Assembly: GCA_032718475.1 (NCBI GenBank)
Contig: JAUCBJ010008269.1
Coordinates: forward strand, 1-39,182
From: Nemertoderma westbladi
Lineage: Eukaryota > Animalia > Xenacoelomorpha
DNA length: 39,182 nucleotides
Direction: 5' to 3'
Part shown: positions 20,790-33,039 of the stretch, piece after piece
How positions within the stretch are numbered: the stretch's first letter is position 1
Layout of the letters: each line of letters opens with the position of its first letter
The notes under the pieces: generated by a model
What the model saw: the letters and a program-made list of their open reading frames with translations, nothing else
Told to the model about the DNA's origin: nothing
Databases searched by the model: none
Made by a program: the position numbers and the translations under genes

Positions 20790-21300
20790 ATATACACTTA
20801 TAAGCTCTGATTCACAATCTACATAGATTTTGTGGGGTGCCGAATGCAAAGATAATATTTATGAGGTGCCTAAATGGATGGTTACTACTTTTCGTTGGGT
20901 GCTAAAATTGGGTGCCCCACACTTATGAAAAATTTTAATTTTCAAGATTATGAAATAATACTTTCTATGGCCTGATTCATAATCTTATATAGGTATTCTC
21001 GCGTGCTGAATGCAATTGTAATATTTATTAAACGACTGGATGGACGGTTATACTATTTTTCGATGTGTGCAAAATTTGAAATTTTGGTTTTGGCACCAAC
21101 TTTTTGCACCCAGTGAAAAGTAGTAGTTCCATTGGCCTGTTTGCTGTTTGAATTCCTTACCACAGAAAATCTATAAAAAAGATATTAATACTTTTCATTC
21201 AAATTTCCATAAATCGAAAATTTGACATTTTTGTGCTGGCACCACCTTTTTGCACCCAGTGTAAAGTAGTGTTTCGATCCATTGGCGTGTTTGTGTTTTG
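20790..21300. repeat. degenerate ~150-170-bp units, two direct plus two inverted
   Basis: 20800-20915 resembles 20970-21080. GGCACCA.CTTTTTGCACCCAGTG.AAAGTAGT at ~21092 and ~21238 is the reverse complement of ACTACTTTTCGTTGGGTGCTAAAATTGGGTGCC at ~20884. Confidence 0.6.
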
Positions 21301-21469
21301 TGTTTGTGTTTTAGTAGGGTAGATTTGAAACCTTGTTAATTAAAAATTCAATATTTATTCTTCGATAAACCTTAGTACCTATTAACCGGTTGTTTCAAAA
21401 TAAAGATAATTTAAATTTTAATATTTCTGAAAGTAAGAATTATATAATTTCGTGTATAAGCAAGATTGA

Positions 21470-21835
21470 ACACATCTCCAATCAGACTCTATACCATTGG
21501 AGGTGTTTCATTAGTCTCCCCTAGCTGACACTTAAACGGTGCCGCCTCCGCTTTGCAGGACATTGCTTTCGCCGTGACGACCAGCCAGTGCATAATCTTG
21601 TACTCTTGCGGCCTCATAGAGTGAATAAGCATGGTGGACAGCCCATGACTTTCTTGAGACGCATCTTAAAGGACACTGGCCTTGAAGATGCGGATGATCT
21701 TGCAAATGTCATTGGTGAGAGAGAGTTGTGGCGGCGCAATTTTGTCGACAAGCCGGCACAGCATTCGTAATATATATGGAGAATATATATAATGAAACTC
21801 TAATAAAGCATGCCGATAGTACTGTAGTAGTAGTG
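21470..21835 (+). mobile_element. 3' fragment of RTE-like LINE family B
   Basis: Aligns to 15290-15620 (HNLVLLRPHRVNKHGGQPMTFLRRILKDTG...FVDKPAQHS); ends GCATGCCGAT...TAGTAGTAGT. Confidence 0.88.
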
Positions 21836-22589
21836 AGAAATTCGACTCATGGTGCCAGATATCAGCTTCTTGTTCCTCAGGGAAATGATAGAAATCCAAA
21901 TGGATACTGCATCTATTATTCCTTCAGTAGATTAGTCTTAACGTCACTTAACTAAGTTGTCAATAGTAGGCCTACTTGAGAGCCTTCGGGTTGCGTTGTC
22001 AATTGTTGAAAGGTTTGAGGATTCGCAGAAACGGGAGCATCGTAGATGATATACGAGTTACGGAATGGAAAAATAATTTTTGAGAAGAAACACGGTGCCA
22101 TTGACATCAGTTGCATAATAACGTTCTGTTGATTCCCGTAGTTTCTAGTTAACCCCCCAGCCTGTTCCCCTCCCCCCACAGGAACCAAAGTAGCTTCATT
22201 TTCCTCGAAGCACTTTGTTCATGTGGTGATTGCTTTAAATTGAAGGCGCGCCTGAGTGTCACATTTCAGGCTTGAAGGAAAGTACATGTACTACCACCTT
22301 GGCGGGGTTTTTTAATACGTCACAGACTGTGTGTGTAGTCCCTGGCCTACAGTAACGGCTGAAGGAAACTTTACTTTAATTGTATTTTACTTTGACAGCC
22401 ACCCAGACCTTCAGAGGTCTTGTGTAATTACACTTGCACATGAATATAGAATAATATTATTCGGTGTTTTAAATATACTGTAGGCCTATCAATTCCCCTG
22501 TATGTAGTTCCGCGATTAGGTAACTAACTATCCTACTTCCCAAACCGTTTCTGGACTCCCATGGTGATTTCAAGTTTGTACATTTGATA

Positions 22590-22794
22590 GGCGGCGACGG
22601 TGGGCTGTTTGCGGGATGGAACGCGTGTATTCCCAGACTCGCCGGCGACGGTGGGCTGTTTGCGGAATGGAACGCGTGTATTCTCGACTCGCCGGCGACG
22701 GTGGGCTGTTTGCGGGATGGAACGCGTGTATTCTCGGACTCGCCGGCGACGGGGGGCTGTTTGCGGGATGGAACGCGTGTATTCTCGACTCGCC
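22590..22794. repeat. GC-rich 50/51-bp minisatellite, 4 copies
   Basis: Unit GCCGGCGACGGTGGGCTGTTTGCGGGATGGAACGCGTGTATTCTCGACTC; explains the six overlapping short ORFs here. Confidence 0.95.
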
Positions 22795-25700
22795 CATGAT
22801 GGGTCGTACCCAAACATCATTAAGATTATATCTGTCCTCGGATGTTAAGATAGGGATTGACAGGTCGATTAGTATTCCTCTCCGATGGCCATCTCAGCAC
22901 TGTTGAGGTTTGATTGACATGTGGTTTGAATTATTGTGCAAACTGTTATCTATGGAAATGATGCATATAGCCAGCGTCAATGCGGCAGGGGAGAATTTAC
23001 TGCATAAAATTAAAGCACAACAAACGCATCGAAGCATAATGAAGTATACTGATGTGCGAACCGCATATATTATTCCCTTCGTTTGTTACACAGCATGGCT
23101 ACCTGGTTACACGAATATGTCAATAATCAATGTTGCAGTGGAGGTGGAACTTTTCCTTTTTCGACTTAGAAATTGCAGAAGTATATATAACCTACTGACT
23201 AAAATATTGTGTATTGAGATTGCTTACTCGTACTGAATGCAGGTGACCCTGTCTCCTGAATAAATCACTGTTACGCAACTGTAATTGCATATATATGAGC
23301 CCTAGAATTATTTAAAATCAATTTAGTCCGTAGGCTTAGCGCTATGCTATAAGTAAGCATTTCGGTTAATTTATAAATTCCCCGGTATTAAGAAGCACCT
23401 GGTACTTTTGATTTCTTCGAGATTAACTCATATTGAAACAGCAATACTGTCTCAGCTTACTTAAGAAGGTAAATAATTATATTACCGTAAATCTCTGAAC
23501 TAGACTCAAGGGAATAAATAACTATTTGGGTTAAATGCACAAAAGGGCAGTATGTCGTTATTGTACGAAGGTAGGAACTCTTACAATCTTTCTTGCTTAT
23601 CTCAAGAACGTACAGTACCACGTACCAACGCAGTTGCACAACATTTTGCAACAAGAAAAATAATTGGATTACAAACTTGTATGGTTCTGTTATTATAATA
23701 TCTATGTATGTTCTACTTGTAAATATAAAATATGTAGCTGGCTTAATACAGTACGAGTCACCATTTAAGAAGCTGTACGTCGTATTTTTTATTGTTGTCA
23801 ACAACAACAATATCAGGATAACAATCAATTACATTTCTGCTGCAGCGGTTAGGGATAGAATGTCAACATTGTTGTTATTTATTTATTTTTTTATTAAAAT
23901 CCGGATTCCACTACCGGCGATTTAATTTGATTTCGATGTTTATTTAAATATAAAATTAATAATAAAATTCAATATTTTATGGCATATCGACAACAAGGAA
24001 GATACTTAAAATAAAGTGTGTCATTCAGTTCAAGTATTCTAGATATTTTCTAGCTATTGCTATACTTGTTTTTTGAAGGAGCGACTCACAGTAAGCAAAG
24101 ATGAAGTTATCCTTTAATTATAGATTTGTCCAGGCTGATTTATCGGCTGCTTTGATGCAGTGTTAAAAGTGTTAAAAAACAGTGTTAAAAGGTTCTAGGT
24201 GATGTATTTGTTTCAGCTTCACTTCGTATGAATTTTTATGTATATTTTGGCTGAATATTTCAATTAATATTATTATATTTTCCGATAATACAACTTGAGA
24301 CGTGAGACAATACGTGATACAATATAGAATAATACAAATTGACAAAAGTTATACACTCAATGTTAATGAAAAATATACCAATTATACCGGTGAACCATGT
24401 GCGAATAGCTCACAAAAAGCTAGTTAGTGAACACGGCCCGTTGGTAATGTCTAATTTCATCTTCTGGTATGGTTACACCCAACCCCCACCCCACCCCCTC
24501 GCCTTTCTTTATCTAAATTGAATTACGTCGTCTTCATTAACAACTGTTGTTTAGCATACTACATATATATTATACTCTCTCTAATCTTTGACTATGTGCC
24601 AACATTTCACTGATTTTGTCTACTTTTGACCAATTTGTCTAATATTTGACCCAGTGGAAGATTTGCTCGTGATTTAAAATATTTATTTTGAAGACGCGGA
24701 AACGTTGCCTTTATTTTTGGAAGCTATTCTCTACTGTTCACTATTTTATCATGTAGATTATGTTGTTTTTATCTTATTTTGTGGAACAACAAATTAGTGT
24801 CTAAACACTGACACTGAAGAACATACTGTATGTGGAATTACTATCCAACGGGTTCGTCCATACGACGGCTCGGATATATGATGGTTTGGATCTCGAAGGA
24901 AGTCTTGGCACTGCGGATGTGTTTCAATGTAGCTTTTAGAATTTATTCCATCCATTTGTATAACACTTGGGATGGGACTGGAATCTTTGAACCTATCTTT
25001 ACCACAATTAAATGTATGTATTTTAATCATAGTCATGGTGGTTTACTTCAAAGATTGTCAAGAAAGAGATCTACTTTTTGTAAGAAAGCAGACACTACAG
25101 AACCATGGAAACACCAATCACTGGCGTCCTGCCAAATCAGACCAGGCTAGTGTGTTGTGATTCTTAGATGCAATCACAGTTGTAATGAAGTTTTGCAGGA
25201 CATTGTTTTCGCAAGTAAGTAGCGGTGAGACATGTACTGTAGTTGTAAAGTAAATATATTTATTTAGCTTTAGAATTACCTATTGACCGCTTTCTGAATA
25301 TATAATGTACATTATATCAGTATATATCACTGCGTCTTAGTAATGGTAACCAATTTCTAAGTCAACGCATTGCTACGTTTAATTGCACTATTGTGCTTCT
25401 CTATTATAACGGTCATATCGATGGGTTAAGCTCGGTAATCCCGTTCTATTATTATCCGACTAGCTAGCTGCAACAGCCTCCGGCAGCCTACAGTACGTCC
25501 CTAAACTCGTCCGGCATCCACAATAATCATTTATAAATCCCAATTCCGGAGAATATTCAATTATTTCGGCTCCTGGTAGGGGAAGGGACGCGCAACGGTA
25601 GAGATTTCATGAGGGACCGTCGACCGCTTAGCTTCAGGACAACGCGACGAACCTAATGCAATAATAGGGCACACTCTACGGAAACCTTCTATTACACTAT

Positions 25701-27129
25701 AATTAGCTTATACACGGACTCGTATTAGATTTGGATTTGTATCAGGGCGACTACCATGGGTAATACGTTAATACCAATCTCTTACGTGATGTTACTGTTT
25801 AAGTATCAGCGTCCTAAGTTAAGCAAAACGTTGCGTTGCTAGTGAAAATATTTAGATTTAGGTTTGAAATGCATTGGTATTATTATTTGGTTATAATATG
25901 GAGTGAGGCTTCATTGTTGTTTAAAAGAGTAAAAAGCTCCAATGGTGATATCAAAAGTACTCCTAGTTACCGGTTTGCTTTTTTTCAATAAAAGTAACAG
26001 AAGTCGTGAATCTCGTCATGAAAATAAATAGTTTCGCTTCTACAGTTTTATTTCACAAGTAATGAAGAAAACACAAGTGAAATATTAAACGAACGGATGA
26101 ATGATCATATGACATAGAAACGATATATTGTAAATTTAGTGGGTATCTCAAATGTTCAGCTATGTCAACATGGCAAACAGTTGAAACTGGTTGAAAATAG
26201 TTTTGAAAAGGGCAGTTCGACTCAGTTACAGAGCGATTGTTTTATTTGAATTAATTTGTTTTTTCCTGTGCCTTGTATGTTATTGTTATGTATTTGTAGT
26301 ATAATAATGTCGTGACCGCATTACAAAACCATTGCTGCTGACCTTTGAACTCTAGGTTCATATCTGGACTTTCTTTATTGTTGATTGTTGAGTTTGCCAA
26401 CAGCAGTACAATCAATCCATACAGTATTGCTAATAATAATTGCTACCTACTCTACTCCCTTGGTAACAATACACCCACACAATATTGCTTCATTCGGATT
26501 CGCAGATGTCCGGAGAATTAACTGTTGCATATTACTGCGCCAATAATAGAGAATAGTTTATGGGGAATTTATAATAGAAACCATTTGTAAGTGTGCAACT
26601 TAGCAAGTATCAACGCGGTTGGCAGTTATAGCTCTTTTATAGATGGTTAATAGTTTCTTTCGGAAACGAAACGGCAAATAAGATTAGCTAAGTGTTGCTT
26701 GCCACAACCAAAGTAGGTTAATTGGTTTCGAGCGGTAAAATCTTCGAGGTAGAATTAATCTAACCACCTGCAGTGAATCACTGGATTCGCTCCACCGTAT
26801 CCCGTCCCGCTCTCACGTTGTTTGTCCTTCCCGCCCTTCGCTCTCGTCCGACTCACAATGATTATTTTTCATGCACGCTGTGCGACTTTGCGGGAAATCT
26901 TCCGTCAGTCTCCAACTGAGAGGAAAATTATTTCTAGTTTCTCAATATGTGACGAGTGCCTCGTCTGACAGTAAGTTTCCGGATTTTCTTGTAACTGCAC
27001 AAAAAATTGTACACTAAATGGGCGAGATTCGTTTGTGATGGGCGTTCTAGAATACGGCGCGGAAAGTCTTTGATAAACCGTCTTTCAGTCAATTAAACAA
27101 CGCCAAATGATCACTAATTAATTAAACAA

Positions 27130-27263
27130 GCAAAGAAAAGCAAACAGTCGGACGAGGCCGGAGGCGACCCGAAGGCGACCCGAGGGCTCCTCTTTCGATA
27201 GCTGCTACCCGAAGTTAGGGGTGGGCGCTACTCCTATCCCAAGATTTGCTCCCAGTAATTTAA
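27130..27263 (-). mobile_element. SINE-like fragment with a conserved central domain
   Basis: GGCGACCCGAGGGCTCCTCTTTCGATAGCTGCTACCCGAAGTTAGGGGTGGGCGCTACTCCTATCCC; second degenerate copy at 13235-13648. From memory it resembles a widespread invertebrate SINE domain; unverified. Confidence 0.5.
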
Positions 27264-28324
27264 CTACTGTAGTCCTCATTTTATCGATTAATTAAAAAAA
27301 CATTAAATTGATTTAACTTATTAAATTAATTAAACAACGCCATTTTATCAACCATCCATTCCACTCTAACGTCCCTAAGTTCGACTACCAACAACCACAA
27401 CCACCAATTTCATTAGCTTCACAATTAACAACTGTAATTGATCAACCATAATTAATTGATAATTCTGCAATTGGTAAACGTTGAGGCATATTAGGCTACG
27501 TGAGATATGTGAGTCACATACATTTCAAAGTAGTACTGGTACTACTTTATGTCTGCATGTTCTTATTATTATGAATAAATTTGTTTGAAGGTAATTAATA
27601 GTGCATCAAGTGTACTGCGTTGCTACTGTATATGGGAATGCTCATAATGTATTCCATGCACTCATTTCGCACTACTTTACTACACTGTACTTTGTTCATT
27701 TCACATAAGCTCCAACTCCTTTATGGGTAAGTCAACAAACATCATAGTGTTTAGGGCCGTCAGCTCTTTCTCTTACACTTCACTTGATAGCAAACGAGTT
27801 TTGTTCAAAGTTGGTCTCCCAGACTACTTGCGGGCGGTAATACAAATTCGTATTGCTATCTTGGCTCAACGCTCAGCTTCCTCGTTAAACTTGTAACTGG
27901 CCACAATGGAATTCAATCTCGGATCCCGCAAAGGAGCCCTGATCAAGCAATGCTGTCCTCCTATTGGTCAATCTTTTCGCAGGCAAACTGAGCCAGAATT
28001 TTAACTGTAGATGAGTTGTGTTTATGCTCTACACTTGTTTGATTCGCATTTCTAGAGTTTAGCGTCTCCACTTACCTACCTGCATGTATTTTGTCGAATA
28101 TTGTTTAATTTTTCGTAAATATTTAGCATTGTTTTTAAATGATACTTAATTATTGTCGTTATTTGTCTATTTTTACGCATATTTATATGTATATATATTA
28201 TAATATTGTTACGGATATAAACAATAAACATGAACGGTAAGTAAAACATACTATTTTCACAATATTTTTATTAATGTTACTCATTTTGAGAATTCCTGAA
28301 AAATTGGGAGATTTTTTCACGATT

Positions 28325-28557
28325 TAATAATGGCAGTTGGCGGAATATTTAGGATGTGATGTACTAAACGGCACGTGTGGCAATGTATGGATTCTAATTT
28401 AAAAAATAACATGGCAAAATATATGGATTATATGAACGCATATGAGAAAGTGTATGAGAAGGGGTCTTAATAGGTTTGTTTTAACTCAAACTACCAAATT
28501 GGCCCTAGGTTCTTAAGATCTGGAGTTGGAATTTAAATGCCAACTGCCGTTATATTA
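28325..28557. mobile_element. small MITE-like element
   Basis: Inverted ends ATAATGGCAGTTGGC / GCCAACTGCCGTTAT. Confidence 0.5.
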
Positions 28558-28776
28558 GCCCCTGATTTTATTATTATAGAACAAGGTGTTGGCAAGCTAC
28601 AACAGTACAGTATATAATACAGTATATGTAGTCCTATAATCACAAACACCTGATAACACGGCTTCCCAACACCTTGTAACTAACTATATTTTGACTGAGA
28701 CTTAAATAACTTACATAATATTAACGATACTAATGTGATTAAATGCAGTTTGTATTGAAATTAAAATAACTAATTA

Positions 28777-28912
28777 TATAACGTTGATAAATGTAGCACT
28801 TTATATGAAAACTGTTCGCGAGTCGGTTTACTCGCCAGAGCGCAGCGAGTCAAGTGAAGTAGACGACGACGAGTACTGTTTGCTTATAAAATACTTTTAT
28901 CAACGTGATATA
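28777..28912. repeat. imperfect foldback with a GC-rich central hairpin
   Basis: TATAACGTTGATAAA / TTTATCAACGTGATA ends around CTCGCCAGAGCGCAGCGAG. Confidence 0.5.
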
Positions 28913-29542
28913 TGTAATATTTTCCAAAATTGAAACATTTCTTTCCGTCTTTCCGATGAGGCATTGCTTAATATAATATAAATTAAATATAAACCGGTAT
29001 CGTACAGTGTTTATCACCAATATTGCTGTTTGATTGCTACAGGTAAAACAGCAAGTAGGCCAGGCCTATAGGAATGTAAGACTAACATTTGACAATAGCT
29101 GCTGTACCCAGTAGTGTACCGATACCTTGGTTCACTTATATAATAGTATGAGAGTAAAAAAAGTGTGTCCAGACATAAAAGTTAATCTTTTTTTGTCACT
29201 GTTGAATCGGACAGAGGAAAGAAATCTTTCAATTCTTGTATGCCTAACAGTACTGTGAGGATTTATAAATATTTTTATTTGACATACTTTATTTGTTTAT
29301 TCTTTAATATCGATTAAATTAAGTTCGAAATTCCGTTAATTTTATATAATTATTCATAAATTATACGTCTTACTTAATACAATGGTATATAATGTAAAAC
29401 AAATTCAAATAATGTAAAACAGAGAGTGATGTACTAAGGGTAGCGTGCTAAAATATGAGTGGGGCAGTCAACGCTGGAAGTATTAGAACAAAAAGGGTGC
29501 ATTTTTGCATTAAAAAATGTGTTTATTTAGTTCAAGATTATA

Positions 29543-31049
29543 CTACTACTACTACTACTAGTATCGGCATGCTGCATTGCAGCTGCATTTTTAAGAATGC
29601 TGTGTCGGCTTGTCGACAAAATTGCGCCGTCACAACTCCCTATCACCCATGACATTTGCTAGATCATCCGCATCGTCAAGGCCAGTGTCCTTTAAGATGC
29701 GTCTCAAGAAAGTCATGGGCTGTCCACCATACTTATTCACTCCATGAGGCTGCCAAAGTACAATATTATGCACTGGCTGGAACTCACGGCGAAAGCAATG
29801 TCCTGCAAAGCGGAGGCGATTTTGTTCTAGTGTCAAGCTTGGGGGAACCAATGAGACACCTCCAATGTTATATAGTGTCTGGTTGGAGATGTGTGCATTG
29901 TACTTGACACAATGAACCCGGCGTAGCATTCTTGTGAATGTGCCATCCAGAGATTTGGTGTCCTCAGCAGTTAGAGCCCAGCATGGACTCCCATAGAGGA
30001 GTACTGGAACTACTGCTGCTCTAAATAATCGGACCTTAAGTTTCCGATTAATTCTCGGTGACTTCCAAATCCTGGAAAGCCTATTCAAGGCTGCCCATGC
30101 CTTTCCCTTACGTATTCGAAGGTCCTCACCTGACTTCCGGATCCAGAATCCCAGGTAACAGAAGTCGTCCACATGCTCAAACATATCATCCTTTGAGCTT
30201 ATGCTCATCCGATCAAAGACTTGCTGAGAACTTTCAAAGTTAACTGTCAAAATTTTGGTCTTTCTGGAGTTAATAAAAAGACCAACACTAGAAGCAGCAT
30301 GTTCTAATGAGCTGAGGAGCCGTTGGGCTCCGTCTAGTGATTCTGAGAGTACTCCTAAGTCATCAGCAAAGTCTAGATCGGTTAGGTACTTGGCAGGATT
30401 TCCTCGACTCCTGGAGCCAGTAGGTGGAGTTATCATCACCACATCATCATTATGATGATCTTAGGACATGCGTAGAACATAGTCAACCACAATTATGAAC
30501 ACGAATGGTGCAAGTGTGTCTCCCTGGAGGACGCCCCATAACACTTCAAATGGTTCTGTGTCACCATCAACAGTAGACACAAATGTTGTCGAACCATCGT
30601 ATACTGATCTGATTTCTGCAATAATTTCATCAGGAATCCCATATAATGAAAGTATGCTGAACATACGTGAGCGGGAGACTGAATCAAAGGCCTTGAAGAA
30701 GTCAACAAAGATAACAGCCAGATGCCTGTCTGTCTTTTTTGATAACTCTTCAATTATCCTTCTAAGTGCCAAAATGGGCTCCATGGTGCCACGACCTTTA
30801 CGGAACCCATTCTGATTTCCACGGAGCAGTCTCTCAATGGGATCCCTGATGCGATTTAATAGAATTCTATTATATAGCTTTGCAGCAATCGAGATCAATG
30901 AGATTCCCCGAAAAGAACCATAGAGTGTTAGGTTGCCCTTCTTGGGAACTGGCACCAACTTATTTGTTTTCATTTCTTGTGGGTCTCTTGTTGTACGGTT
31001 CATGTCTACTATGATGGGAATTCATGTTCAATTCATTCATACATGTTCC
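29543..31049 (-). mobile_element. 5'-truncated RTE-like LINE family B (RT domain, one in-frame stop) with 12-bp TSD
   Basis: VPVPKKGNL, FRGISL, QNGFRKGRGT, FVDFFKAFDSV, GVLQGDTLAP, DLDFADD, FCYLG. ORFs 30461-31003 and 29630-30442 are in the same frame, separated by one TAA. (TAG)n tail at 29541-29560. TSD TTCAAGATTATA at 29531-29542 and 31050-31061. Confidence 0.93.
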
Positions 31050-31185
31050 TTCAAGATTATAAAAAATATGGAGGAAATTAAAAAGGATTGGATTGATGTA
31101 GTTCAGCAAGGGTTGATATAATACAGGTTTATAAAGTTCAGGTTTACAACTAACAGTGGTTACATGGTTCGATTTCATGAAATAA

Positions 31186-31246
31186 ACGTATCGTATCTGG
31201 CTACGTATCGTATCTGGCTACGTATCGTATCTGGCTACGTATCGTA
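31186..31246. repeat. 17-bp tandem repeat, about 3.6 copies
   Basis: (ACGTATCGTATCTGGCT)n read directly. Confidence 0.9.
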
Positions 31247-31329
31247 AAAACTACAAATATTTTGAATTGATCGAATAAGTAATTTAAACATTACTTTGGC
31301 AATAATTGACGCGGAAATTATTTGGAATT

Positions 31330-31402
31330 CGCTACGGACAGGGATCGAACCTGTCTCTTCGATTTTGCGTCCAGCTTACCAATCCATCACGGGTGCGGTC
31401 CC
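31330..31402 (-). mobile_element. degenerate tRNA-derived SINE head
   Basis: Minus strand has a T-arm/B-box hairpin GACAGGTTCGATCCCTGTC and an upstream A-box-like TGATGGATTGG. Confidence 0.4.
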
Positions 31403-32779
31403 GTAGTTACAGCAACAGTAGAGTTTTAGGCGTTCGATATTCTCTCATATACGACGCCTCTAATGAGAAATAACAATAAACATTGATACATTATAGTGAA
31501 TGCAGCTGTAACCACCACTGATAGATAACCACAGACTATTTTGCAGATGTTACTATAAAATCCTGCGGTCTTTACGCTAGCATTTTTAATCGCATGCAGT
31601 ATGTATGAGTAAGCTTAAAGCTTTCTATAACATCGAAATCCCCGGCTGTGTGCTTTGTATGAACTATTGCGCTGGCTGTATAGCTCGATATATATGCATT
31701 CATTATACATTAATTACCCATCATTGCATACGTACTACAGTATACTGCGCCATCCCAATTGTGATATTCAAAATAAAATGGTTATGTAGATTTATAATGG
31801 GACCATATGGGCAGTATACTCTGCTACATGAGTTATGCATGTGCTATGCGTGGAGTGATTACAAGCTGCCCTGTACAGAAAATATTTAAAAATAGAACGC
31901 TGTAGGAATGGAAGAATATAATTCCCTAGGCAATATTAATAAATCATACCATGTCAGGTATAATAATATATTATGAAATTTTGCTTCTTCGTAGCAAAAT
32001 ATAGCCATTCATTTATTGTGTTTAGTGTTATTATGGAGTTGGATTTTCTACTGTCGGAGAGATAACGTAAAATGCAGAAATTTATTACAATTTTTACAAA
32101 GTGGTGATTTTTTAAAGACTTTCAAAAATGATAAAAATTTATTGGAATAAATAACATCATAGTCAGAGTTATTGTATTATAACATAGTCATTGACTTGTA
32201 GTGTTTCAAAGCCTCACCTTTTACTGTTTTTTATTTTCGATTATGAAAGATAAGAAGTGTTACAAACCATTGCGTTTTTCATTTTAACTTCAAAGAATAT
32301 CCATTTGTAATTTAAGTAAGGTTGTTACGTGAGTGGAGACTGGGGAGATATAATGTACAGTAAGGAAGGACCTTGCATTATAGATGCGGCGGCTCTAGTT
32401 CACTCACAATAATCTTAGGTATTTTCAACCATCGAAAGGAGACATGCAATTGATGCAGCTAATCCTCGTGCACGCATTAGCTATGCCACTTGTTGAGTCA
32501 GAGAAAAGCCATACACCGTATTGCACTTAACGATTGTTTAAATATTTATGGAAAATACCTGTCGTTTATAATAGCTGCAGTATAATAGGGAGAAAGCAAT
32601 GTTGATTTATTTATTTCTGAATAACGTTGTTTTTTTGGTTGGTTTCTTTGCTAGCTAATGTAAATCACTTACCTGTAATCTCTTGTTGAATACTCACTCA
32701 CTCAGGGTAAATAGGGCAGTACTTTATGTAAATGCATTGACAGTAGCCTACAGTCGTCATCCACACAAGTAAACTGTAT

Positions 32780-32800
32780 TATTCCTATTCTTTATTGCAG
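32780..32800 (+). promoter_or_regulatory. splice acceptor upstream of the protocadherin coding exon
   Basis: TATTCCTATTCTTTATTGCAG|G, 239 nt before the ATG at 33040. Confidence 0.6.
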
Positions 32801-33039
32801 GTCGTTGAGTGTTGGATCTGGGCATTGACAGAAAGTAGGCAATACGACCGGCAGTCCTAATGCACCGGTAATTAACTACGACGTATGCCGCACACAATCC
32901 GGAAAGGAGACGACAAGCTCGATTAAACCGAGGACTTAAGAGAAAAAATACTACATGTCAAAGGCAACGTAGATATCAAATAACACTGAGTACTTCGTTC
33001 CACATAAAACAAACTAGCTATTGTTTAGTGATATCAAAG

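Noticed and set aside
22469-22906. Overlapping Arg-rich ORFs
   Set aside because: Produced by the 50-bp GC-rich minisatellite.
24814-24840. Hammerhead-like CTGAAGA-ACATA/TATGT-GGAA
   Set aside because: GGAA instead of GAAA, and no stem I or stem III.
22910-25160. Short hydrophobic ORFs (also 1751-2095, 20601-20849, 31605-31889, 37063-38332)
   Set aside because: I/F/Y/K-rich composition expected from AT-rich non-coding DNA, often non-ATG starts, no homology recognised.
33028-33039. GTG start for the protocadherin
   Set aside because: An in-frame ATG at 33040 in good context (AAGATGG) directly precedes the signal peptide.
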